Of a DNA stretch of 64,000 bases, positions 1 through 8,569 are shown piece after piece; positions within the stretch are counted from its first letter, which is position 1, and the number at the start of each line of letters is the position of its first letter. The notes below the pieces were generated by a model that saw only the letters and a list, made by a program, of their open reading frames with translations, made no database searches and was not told where the DNA came from. The position numbers and the translations under genes are program-made. Location of the stretch: IMG/VR virus record IMGVR_UViG_3300010885_055964, positions 114,027 to 178,026 of that record. One strand, 5' to 3'. Source of the DNA: a virus.

Positions 1-513
1 TTTCCTCCTATCGAAGTCTTCGACAAGCAGGGAAATGTAATAGGTAAAACGATAGGCTCAAAAGGCGATTATCTATACGGATTTGATAATGTAGAGATGG
101 CATCATATTTGATAATAACAGAAGCGATATTCGACCAAAACACATTGGGCATACAATGTGTAGCATCAGGCGGATGTGATCTTACAGCGAATCAAATAAA
201 TAAGATAAAAATATTGGGTCCTAAAAAAGGCGTTATCCTATCACCAGATAATGATAATGCAGGAATAAGTAGCATAATACGTAATCGTAATTTATTAGAA
301 CCATTACAGGTGCCACTATTTTACAGTATACCACCCAAGTTACCATACACGATTAATGGAGAAACGAAACATACCAAAGACTGGAATGAGATTGGAGAAA
401 AGGTGGTCGGATTCGAAAGAGTGAGAGATTTACATGATCAAGGTATTAAAAAATTAACACTGCGTGAAGTTATTAAAATAAAAAGACTGCTCCCAAGAGG
501 AAAATCCAGATGA
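1..513 (+). CDS. DNA primase, C-terminal Toprim part (5' truncated by window edge)
   Basis: Frame 1 is open from base 1 (FPPIEVFDKQG...KGDYLYGFDNV) into the called ORF. Toprim motifs LIITEAIFD and ILSPDNDNAG. Confidence 0.8.
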   Translation, partial: FPPIEVFDKQGNVIGKTIGSKGDYLYGFDNVEMASYLIITEAIFDQNTLGIQCVASGGCDLTANQINKIKILGPKKGVILSPDNDNAGISSIIRNRNLLEPLQVPLFYSIPPKLPYTINGETKHTKDWNEIGEKVVGFERVRDLHDQGIKKLTLREVIKIKRLLPRGKSR

Positions 514-749
514 AATGGGTATTGATAGATGACGAGTCCTACAAAGGACTTGGTGGATCTGATTCCGAGCACCAAATACAGACATATGCCTTTATGATAG
601 ATGGCATCGGGTGTATCGTGTTGGTTAAGACTATGACTAGTAGCTCTACTACATTCGTCACTGGAACAAAGATAGTCGACAATAAACTAGTTATAATGGA
701 TGGATATAGATATATGCCTGAAGATGTCTGGCCCCACCCTACGGTATGA
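510..749 (+). CDS. hypothetical protein
   Basis: 79-aa ORF with an ATGA overlap on the primase stop. Confidence 0.6.
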   Translation: MKWVLIDDESYKGLGGSDSEHQIQTYAFMIDGIGCIVLVKTMTSSSTTFVTGTKIVDNKLVIMDGYRYMPEDVWPHPTV

Positions 750-765
750 AATTAAATAGTCAGTA

Positions 766-2085
766 TTACTTGCCTACTTTGCGAGCAACTGAATCATAAT
801 CAAATCTTGCACAATATAGATCTGTGTACCAGAATGCTCTGGTTAGCCTGTGGTGGAACCCATATACTACCCAGTTGCCAGTCATCCAGTAATGAGGTTT
901 ATCTATAAACGAGGTCTTACCTTTGGTCCAGTGGATGTATACTGTGTCTACACCTAACCCATCACAGTCTGACCATTCTCCATGCCCTATTATTTGAAAT
1001 TTTGCACGCATTACTGAATTGATCATATTCAAGTACATGCCCCGAGGTCGGCCGTCGATATAATCCTGATAATCAAGTCCTAGGTCACCAGCTGACCAAA
1101 TTTCAGGTATCCCAGAAATGGAGGACCATCCTACCCTTGGTGGGCCAGCCCCAAGCTCATCAGGAGGTTTTGAAAAACTCCTGTCCATACGAGTTTTGGC
1201 TATCAGCTTATTGGGAGTTCTACTGTCTTTGACGACTATTTTTCGCTCATCAGCATCAGTTACTTTATCAAGATATTGGCCAGAAATGGCACTGATGCCT
1301 TGTGTTATCAATTTAGTCTGGGTTAGAGATAGGCCATGATCAGCTAATAAATCCCATGTTTTGATATCTGAATGATTTTTATCAGCTAATAAAGTATAAT
1401 ACCCCCTTTGTTGTGACTTAAAGTCAGCTTGTTCTTTAAGTTCTAGACGAAAATCGTTAGGATTAAACATCCAGTGTGTCTTGCCTTTTGTTATGGACGA
1501 AGACCAGTCTATCATCGAAGCTATAAATGTCTTAGGATCCTGTCTATGCAACCACCATTTATTGTTTTGATCATCAATGGTTTGGCTGATAGACAGGTCT
1601 ATGTTAGGTGCATAGTCGTTAATCACTTGCTTAATCACATCGCTGGCTCTGCCTTTATATGCCTGACCGCCTGCATCTCCCATATTAAGATAGTATGACG
1701 GTGGATCAATGGCGACGAACTCCAGAACGCCCTTGTCAGAACTATCAGAACTGCTATGTTTGAGAGTCAAAAGGCATGCCTGTTTGACTTTAGTAGCACT
1801 TTCAGGATATTTAGCCTCATTTTCAGGACCCCATCTAAGCTGGAATTTGACTTTGACACCCTTACTGGCATCTCTAGTGTTTTCGAAATAACCAGAATCG
1901 ATAAGGGAATCTAATCTATTAAAATTAGTGTCAAAGAATTTACCTCTGATAATATAGCCACCGTTCACCATGGCCTTATATTCAAATGAAGATAACAGTG
2001 GGCCTAGATCGGTAAAAGGAGAGCCGGAATCGAAATCAAATGTTAAGTAGACTTGAGGCCTAGATTGTGCTTGAGTAGTTGACAT
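766..2085 (-). CDS. putative baseplate hub / tail protein (gp27 / late control D-like)
   Basis: 439 aa. The segment AYKGRASDVIKQVINDY...WWLHRQDPKTFIASMIDW and C-terminal WMTGNWVVYGFHHRLT resemble hub proteins. Lies next to the tape measure/baseplate block. Confidence 0.5.
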   Translation of the reverse strand: MSTTQAQSRPQVYLTFDFDSGSPFTDLGPLLSSFEYKAMVNGGYIIRGKFFDTNFNRLDSLIDSGYFENTRDASKGVKVKFQLRWGPENEAKYPESATKVKQACLLTLKHSSSDSSDKGVLEFVAIDPPSYYLNMGDAGGQAYKGRASDVIKQVINDYAPNIDLSISQTIDDQNNKWWLHRQDPKTFIASMIDWSSSITKGKTHWMFNPNDFRLELKEQADFKSQQRGYYTLLADKNHSDIKTWDLLADHGLSLTQTKLITQGISAISGQYLDKVTDADERKIVVKDSRTPNKLIAKTRMDRSFSKPPDELGAGPPRVGWSSISGIPEIWSAGDLGLDYQDYIDGRPRGMYLNMINSVMRAKFQIIGHGEWSDCDGLGVDTVYIHWTKGKTSFIDKPHYWMTGNWVVYGFHHRLTRAFWYTDLYCARFDYDSVARKVGK

Positions 2086-2371
2086 GGAATTATATTACAT
2101 CCTATATAATGCTAAAGGTAAAAGTCCAAGATATTTACTAGTATTTCCACTAGGTAGTAGAAATAACAAGCTATGCATGATAGACACTACTGGCATGTCA
2201 AAGACAGAGATAAGCCGGGTCAAGTCAGCCATTCAAGACTTGGGTGCATTATCTTTGGAGGACAAGCTAGATTGGGCTAGTAAGCAGATTCCTAATGCTT
2301 TTAAGCGAGGCTACAAGGAGATATCGAATAGTAATTATAGAATTATTAGCATGCACAGTATTCACAAATAA
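2084..2371 (+). CDS. hypothetical protein
   Basis: 95-aa ORF whose ATG overlaps the opposite-strand ATG at the CATG at 2083-2086. Confidence 0.5.
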   Translation: MELYYILYNAKGKSPRYLLVFPLGSRNNKLCMIDTTGMSKTEISRVKSAIQDLGALSLEDKLDWASKQIPNAFKRGYKEISNSNYRIISMHSIHK

Positions 2372-2405
2372 TCCCATCGGTGTAACAAAGTGGTAGGAGG
2401 ATGAC

Positions 2406-2759
2406 ATGAGTTTTACACCATACTTTGACAGTGATATCAAAGAGACCATCGACAACCAATCCATGCACGATTGGGTAGAGATGATCCGTGTTGCAAATAT
2501 GCAGCAGTTGAATGAGTACCACCAAGATCTGGTCACTGAGAGTCAGATCGACCCGGCCTTTAAGAGGTCCAAGATCTTCCGCGTTGGCTGCAAAGCCATC
2601 GCTAGGGGTCTCCAACGTTGCCGACAACGTGGCGAATATCTGGTAGAGGATGTAGGCCAGCCGATTACTTTAGCGGGGGTGATTAGTTCTGCGATGAAGG
2701 GCTGGATCATCGGTGATGAATTCGCCAAGCGTTGGTCTGGTGAACGGTCTGGCTTCTAA
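2406..2759 (+). CDS. hypothetical protein
   Basis: 117 aa, preceded by AGGAGG; looks somewhat more GC-rich than its neighbours. Confidence 0.65.
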   Translation: MSFTPYFDSDIKETIDNQSMHDWVEMIRVANMQQLNEYHQDLVTESQIDPAFKRSKIFRVGCKAIARGLQRCRQRGEYLVEDVGQPITLAGVISSAMKGWIIGDEFAKRWSGERSGF

Positions 2760-2852
2760 TGTCCATCGATCGTTTGGCTAGTTGAGAACTGCTAATAGTA
2801 TTATATATAGATTATAGACTGTACATATCAAAAATACTCTAAGGAGTAAGAT

Positions 2853-5800
2853 ATGGCAGTCGATCCGAATGTATATGCGCTGTCTCTACAGCTGCAATTA
2901 GATTCTGCAGAAGCATTCGCTTCTTTAGATAGTTTTGGTAAAGCTGCTAACGATATGGAGCAGCAGGTATCCAAAGCTGCGCAGGGTGTTATTAACACCA
3001 TATCTAATAATATAGATGATATGGCCATGAAATTATCTCAGGTGGCCGCGTCCGGTAATGAAGGATTTGATTCGGCCAGTACCACTTTAGATTCGTTGTC
3101 TGCCAAGTTCATAAGCATGGCCCAGAGTGGGGCGGCTAGTTTGGATGATATAAATGAGCGACTTAAAGTGCTTAGTGATATAGATCAATTATCAGATAAG
3201 ACTGAAAAACATATGAAATTGGAGAAGAAATACTCTGATGACATGCTAAAGTTTTATGCTAAATTGCAAAAGGATATAACTAATAAGAATAAGTTACATC
3301 AATCAGAAAATACATTGGTCGGCGACGAGGGCGAGTTATTACGTGAAAATGGGGATATTATCGGCAAAAACACAAGAAAAATAGATTTAGCTAATCAAGC
3401 ATACAAAGCGATTGAGCAGCAAGTAACAGCTTTGAAAGCTGCGATCGTAGCGATTGATAGTGAAGCTGAAAATTTTGTGCAGACTAATTATAGGGCCTAT
3501 GGTTCACAATATGGCTTGTTACAGAATGCGATGATGCTATCTGGTGAATATGGTGCATTGCGTAAGACCACCATCGAAGCATATAAAGCACTCGCTAATG
3601 TACGGACCCCGAAAGAAGAGATAGATGGTCTGGCAGGAATAATATCTCAGGCTAATCGTTACACAGGTGTATCAGCTGAGACAATGGCTGAGTACACTCT
3701 GCGTTTGAGACAGGCTGGTCTGAGTGGTACTCAAACTACGCAGCAGATCAAGCTAATGACGTCGGCTATGCGTGTGTACGGACTAACAACGGCTGATGTA
3801 AATGGTCTGATGAATACTAGTGCTACATCAGCATTAGCCTTAGGCGAAATGTTTGGCGGGATCGATACAGATAAAGTGGAGGAAAGCAGGTTAGTATTTG
3901 CTGGTATGGCAAAGCAAATAGGGGTCAGCACAGCAGAAGCGGCCAAATTCTTCGAAACAATGGCTACTGATGCAATGGCCATGCAGATGTTCGGCGCTTA
4001 CGCTGATATGCAGATAAACAGCGCAGAAGATCTACAGCAAGCCATGGTTAAAGCAGGCGTGAAGACTCATGAAAGTATGGCTGAATTAAAAGCTGACTTG
4101 GCTGCTGGAGATATTGGGCAGGCAGAATTTAATATTAGAAGACGACAAATGATAGATCTATATTATGCAGGCAACGAGGCTGCATTTAGAGCTTCGATGG
4201 AACTAGGAAAAGAGGCTAAACAATTAGGATTAACAGGTGAAGCTGCATCTGATTATGGTGATATAGCTAAAAAATTAAGAAAAGATGCGATAGACCCTTG
4301 GAGCGAATCGAATAGGACTTTGACAGCTCAGTTAAGATTATTATATAACACACTACATGGTTTGATCGGACCAGTTATAGTCAGCATATCCGAAGGATTA
4401 ATGTATCTAATGATGGCAGTCAATGCAGTTATTATACCTATATTAAGGTTTATCGTAGGTCTAGGTGAGCTGTGGGCCGCGATGGAGAAATGGCCTATTA
4501 TAGGATATTTATTCTCTACCATAAGAATAGGTTTCTCCATTTTGTTGGGGTTAGTAGGTGTGCTGGCTATGGCTGGCTTATCGTTAATCACATTTGCATC
4601 ATTATTCGCAGGTGCTACTAATATAGTTAGAGGAGCATTAAATATAATTCGTTATGTGGGTAGAGCCATAATAGAAGTAGCACAGGCTTTAGGGCAGGGC
4701 ATAGCTGCCATATTATCCGGCATAGGACAAGGGCTGGCAGCATTGGGAACCGCAGTACGGCCTGTAATAGTGCCGTTGTTGCAATTATGTTTTGCGGTGC
4801 TGCTGGTAGGTGCTGGCTTTTACATGATGGGCCTTGGTATGGCCGCTGCAGCCCAACATGGATGGGCAGCAGTTGGTATGCTGGCAGCTATGACTGTCGC
4901 TATAATCACACTAATGGTGGCATTCGCATTAATAGCAGCAGTTGCTGCGCCTGTCATACCTTTAATGATTAGCCTATCAATAGTGGCACTAACATTAGGT
5001 GCTGCAGTAATGCTCGCTGGTCTGGGCATGTACATGATGGGGATGGCTGTTGAGAGCATAGCTAACTATGGACTACAAGCAGCAGCAGCGATACCAGCAT
5101 TGGCACTTGGATTGCTAGCGTTAGGAGGAGTTGGTTATGTGGCTTCGTTAGGAATATTGGCACTAGCTGCGGCGATGTTGGCTTTAGCCATACCAGTCTT
5201 GTTGATTGGTGTAGGATTATCACTGCTATCAGCAGCTATAGATTCTATCCAAGTTGATAACTTGGCGCCAATGGCTGAGGCCCTGCTTGAATCAGCTTAC
5301 TATTTCATACAAGCTGGTTTATTATTGATACCTGCTGCAGTAATGTTAATAGTTGGCTCTGCAGGAATACTAATAGCATCAGCAATATTAGCAGCAGCTG
5401 GAGCTGCTGTAGCAATTGCTGTGCCAGTGGTAGCAGTGGCAGGAGCTGCTTTAGTAGTGGCTGCTGCGTTGTTGCTAGCTGGTTCGGTGATGGTGTTTAT
5501 TTCTGGATTAATGTTGTCGGTGGGTTCAACAATGTTGTTAGCTGGGGCCGCCATATTAACACCTGCTTCGTCTTTGATAATTGCCTCTGCTTTTATTATA
5601 GGCGCGGCTGGTTATGCTTTATCAGCTGCTGTTGGGCCGTTGTTAATAGGTGCCACTGCATTATTCACAGCTGCAGCATTGGTATTAGCGTCCGGAGGTT
5701 CAATACTGGTAGGGGCATCAATGCTATTGAGGGGTGCTAATATATTATCGACAGCATCTGAAGCATTGTTAAACGCATCAACACAGGCGATGTCTGCCGC

Positions 5801-7664
5801 ATCTATGCTATCAGATGCAATGATCATACTGCTACCAGCATCTTTAAAGACCGTAGTATCAGGGGCCTTGTTGTTAATAGGTGCTGGCTTGATATTGGGT
5901 GCTTCAATCGCATTATCGATATCTGCTCTAGCATTGGCAGCGGTCGGTACTTTAGTAATTATAGCTGCAGCATCAATTCTATATGCTTCTGTAGCATTGT
6001 CGATAGCGGCTGTGGCGTTAACAGTAGCAGCAGCCTTAATGATATCCGGTTCTGGTATAATGTATATGGCTGCTATTACTTATTTGATAGCTTCTGAAGC
6101 TTTACTATCAGCGGCTAATAAACTGGTTCCAGCAGCTGAACAATTATATTTAGCTGCTACTAATTTATTACCTGCTGCAGCGATGTTGTTGGTATCTGCA
6201 TTCTTGATGTTATCTTCTATCCCAGCATTCGTGACCGCATCCATCGGTTATTTAGTAGCATCTTCTATCTTGTACTTAGCATCTAGCATTTTGTCTGAAG
6301 CATCGATCATGCTTTATGCAGCTGCTGAGAATATATTGCCCGCATCAGCTATGTTAGCTGCAGCAAGCGGATTTCTGTTGGTTGGGGCAAACATTATATT
6401 CTTAGCTGCTCCAATATTATTGATTGGTTCAGGCATATTATTGATCGCATCTTTGGTGTTGCTACCAGCTTCGATAGTGCTGGGCTTAGCCTCGAGTATA
6501 CTATTACCCGCCTCCACCATGCTGTTCATTTCCAGCATATACTTGTTATTAGGGGCAACTGCACTATTAACTGGGTCGACTATACTAATAACAGGTGCTG
6601 CTATATTAGCAGTAGCCTCAGTTGCTTTACTATTCACTTTACCAATAATCATGTCGGCAGCAGTCGGCATAGTCGTAGCTGCATCAGTGTTACTAGTCGG
6701 GTCGACATTGTTAATTGCGGGTGCTATGTTATTGGCCGTTGCCTCAATAGTAATGCTGTCTGGTGCGACGACTATGTTTATGGCGAGTGCTATTCTTTTA
6801 ATAGCTAGCCCTCTTTTGATTATGGCATCTAGCGGCATGCTGATAGGTGCCTACATTTTAATCTCTTCTTCATTGGTATTGGTGAGTGGTGCAGTGGCTT
6901 TAATGGCCGCATCTTTGATCATGCTACCAGCAGCACTGATTCTTTATTTTGCATTGTCGATAGTGTCTAGTGCGACGTCTAGATTCAAGCAATCCATTTC
7001 TGACATTGGCATAATGGGTAACGGGCTTAGGATGATGGCTCAGTCATTTACTGCACTGTCAAATTTATCGTTGCGAGGATTTAGTAAGACCATAGACGAT
7101 GCACTATCGGCGATGCCAGGCATAAAAAAGCTAGCCACTGAACTATCATCCTCAGCTGATTTGTTACAGAATGCTGCTGATAAATTCACAAAACCTGTTG
7201 ATCAAATATCTGAGAGTTTACAGCGACTTGGTACCACACTGGCTAGTGTTGGTAACCAAGGTCTCACAGTGCAAGCTGACATGGATAAAGTCAGCGCTCT
7301 ATTAGATGAATACTCCACGCTATTAGAAGGCGCAGCACAACGGATAGAGATAGCTGTGGCTACAAAGGCTCAGCCTGCTATGGCTACAGCTCGAGATGAA
7401 GGTCTGGAACAGACAGTAAGATCCGAAGCGATTAATACAGTACAGGTAATGGATAAGAGAGAAGGAAGCGCAGAATCGAATGATATGTCTTACGAAACTA
7501 GTATGTCTCAAATAGAAATACTAAAAAGCATAAATGAAAAGATGGATAATATGGGCAATACAGCAGATGTAAAAGAAATAATATCCATATTGATGGGTTA
7601 TTTGCCTAATTTAGGCACAGGGTCGGAAGGTTTAACGACTGAATTTAACTCTTGGCTAAAATAA
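2853..7664 (+). CDS. tail tape measure protein
   Basis: 1603 aa, Ala/Leu-rich and predicted all-helical, with a long repetitive hydrophobic core. AAGGAG RBS. Directly upstream of baseplate genes. Confidence 0.85.
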   Translation: MAVDPNVYALSLQLQLDSAEAFASLDSFGKAANDMEQQVSKAAQGVINTISNNIDDMAMKLSQVAASGNEGFDSASTTLDSLSAKFISMAQSGAASLDDINERLKVLSDIDQLSDKTEKHMKLEKKYSDDMLKFYAKLQKDITNKNKLHQSENTLVGDEGELLRENGDIIGKNTRKIDLANQAYKAIEQQVTALKAAIVAIDSEAENFVQTNYRAYGSQYGLLQNAMMLSGEYGALRKTTIEAYKALANVRTPKEEIDGLAGIISQANRYTGVSAETMAEYTLRLRQAGLSGTQTTQQIKLMTSAMRVYGLTTADVNGLMNTSATSALALGEMFGGIDTDKVEESRLVFAGMAKQIGVSTAEAAKFFETMATDAMAMQMFGAYADMQINSAEDLQQAMVKAGVKTHESMAELKADLAAGDIGQAEFNIRRRQMIDLYYAGNEAAFRASMELGKEAKQLGLTGEAASDYGDIAKKLRKDAIDPWSESNRTLTAQLRLLYNTLHGLIGPVIVSISEGLMYLMMAVNAVIIPILRFIVGLGELWAAMEKWPIIGYLFSTIRIGFSILLGLVGVLAMAGLSLITFASLFAGATNIVRGALNIIRYVGRAIIEVAQALGQGIAAILSGIGQGLAALGTAVRPVIVPLLQLCFAVLLVGAGFYMMGLGMAAAAQHGWAAVGMLAAMTVAIITLMVAFALIAAVAAPVIPLMISLSIVALTLGAAVMLAGLGMYMMGMAVESIANYGLQAAAAIPALALGLLALGGVGYVASLGILALAAAMLALAIPVLLIGVGLSLLSAAIDSIQVDNLAPMAEALLESAYYFIQAGLLLIPAAVMLIVGSAGILIASAILAAAGAAVAIAVPVVAVAGAALVVAAALLLAGSVMVFISGLMLSVGSTMLLAGAAILTPASSLIIASAFIIGAAGYALSAAVGPLLIGATALFTAAALVLASGGSILVGASMLLRGANILSTASEALLNASTQAMSAASMLSDAMIILLPASLKTVVSGALLLIGAGLILGASIALSISALALAAVGTLVIIAAASILYASVALSIAAVALTVAAALMISGSGIMYMAAITYLIASEALLSAANKLVPAAEQLYLAATNLLPAAAMLLVSAFLMLSSIPAFVTASIGYLVASSILYLASSILSEASIMLYAAAENILPASAMLAAASGFLLVGANIIFLAAPILLIGSGILLIASLVLLPASIVLGLASSILLPASTMLFISSIYLLLGATALLTGSTILITGAAILAVASVALLFTLPIIMSAAVGIVVAASVLLVGSTLLIAGAMLLAVASIVMLSGATTMFMASAILLIASPLLIMASSGMLIGAYILISSSLVLVSGAVALMAASLIMLPAALILYFALSIVSSATSRFKQSISDIGIMGNGLRMMAQSFTALSNLSLRGFSKTIDDALSAMPGIKKLATELSSSADLLQNAADKFTKPVDQISESLQRLGTTLASVGNQGLTVQADMDKVSALLDEYSTLLEGAAQRIEIAVATKAQPAMATARDEGLEQTVRSEAINTVQVMDKREGSAESNDMSYETSMSQIEILKSINEKMDNMGNTADVKEIISILMGYLPNLGTGSEGLTTEFNSWLK
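5262..6962 (+). repeat. 81 consecutive in-register hydrophobic heptads within the tape measure
   Basis: Residues 804-1370 parse as 7-mers (LAPMAEA ... LLPAAAM, YLVASSI, LLPASIV, LLVGSTL ... LYFALSI). The register was checked from coordinates: 804+80x7=1364. Confidence 0.85.
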
Positions 7665-7674
7665 GGAGTTAGTA

Positions 7675-8241
7675 ATGGGAGTATTTTATACTGGACATGA
7701 TATAGCATTAGCCGAGGAATGTGAGCTACAATTACCGGACGGACAATTCGTCAATTTTCAGTTCGCTCCAAGAATATTATCAGACAATAGAAAGGGAAAT
7801 TGGAACGAAGGGGAACAGCGGGGCAAAGAACCTGTGGCTGTTTTTCAGAATTCAGGCCAAAGAGAGATGACCATGTCTTGGTGCTATATAGTAGATGGGG
7901 CTAATTGGACTACTGAAGCAGTCGTATATGAAATAAAGAGGATAAGAGGATATTTCGCGAACGTGTTAGAGCCAAATGCTGAACAAAGGTCACTAATATG
8001 TGGGTTTAAATATGGGTTATACGGAAATCAACAAAGGTTTTCAGCAAGAATTAAATCAATAGATGTAAAGCATGGTGATACTTTGGTTATACCGAGTGTC
8101 GGAGGAATTCCAGACACTACTAAGGCTTTTCCATTAAAATCCGACATAACTATCGATTTGAGATTATGGACTAAAGGTGGTGATAGAAAAGTGCAGGATT
8201 TAAAAGGATTGATTACTAAAGAGACAGTTGACTGGTACTAG
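7675..8241 (+). CDS. putative tail tube initiator / baseplate tube-like protein
   Basis: 188 aa between the tape measure and gp53-like gene. VNFQFAPRILSD...GKEPVAVFQNSGQREMTMSW pattern is typical of tube-fold initiators. Confidence 0.55.
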   Translation: MGVFYTGHDIALAEECELQLPDGQFVNFQFAPRILSDNRKGNWNEGEQRGKEPVAVFQNSGQREMTMSWCYIVDGANWTTEAVVYEIKRIRGYFANVLEPNAEQRSLICGFKYGLYGNQQRFSARIKSIDVKHGDTLVIPSVGGIPDTTKAFPLKSDITIDLRLWTKGGDRKVQDLKGLITKETVDWY

Positions 8242-8251
8242 GAGATAAAAA

Positions 8252-8569
8252 ATGGCGGAATTCGACGAGTTTTCCAGATATAGATCCACCGAGCCTATAT
8301 TTTATGATGATAATGAGACATTAGGCACGTGGGCCAAACCAGCTTTCTTATTAAATAGACCTAAAGAAGATCAAATCGGAGTATTTAGGGTAACATCAGC
8401 TGTTGAAGGCAGACCAGATAAAATAGCCAATCAATTGTATGGTTCTCCACTGTTGGATTGGGTGCTGATCTCCTTCAACAATGCTAGGTCTGTTCTCAAT
8501 TGGCCAAAGTCTGGTACCGCTATAGAATATCCGATTAAGTCAATCGTGATCCCGGAGATCGTTGGATGA
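8252..8569 (+). CDS. baseplate wedge protein, T4 gp53 / LysM-like
   Basis: Motif RPDKIANQLYGSPLLDWVLISFN. Confidence 0.8.
   Translation: MAEFDEFSRYRSTEPIFYDDNETLGTWAKPAFLLNRPKEDQIGVFRVTSAVEGRPDKIANQLYGSPLLDWVLISFNNARSVLNWPKSGTAIEYPIKSIVIPEIVG

Noticed and set aside
3731-7511. Antisense ORFs within the tape measure
   Set aside because: By-products of the low-complexity Ala/Leu/Ile coding strand; no RBS or recognisable motifs.
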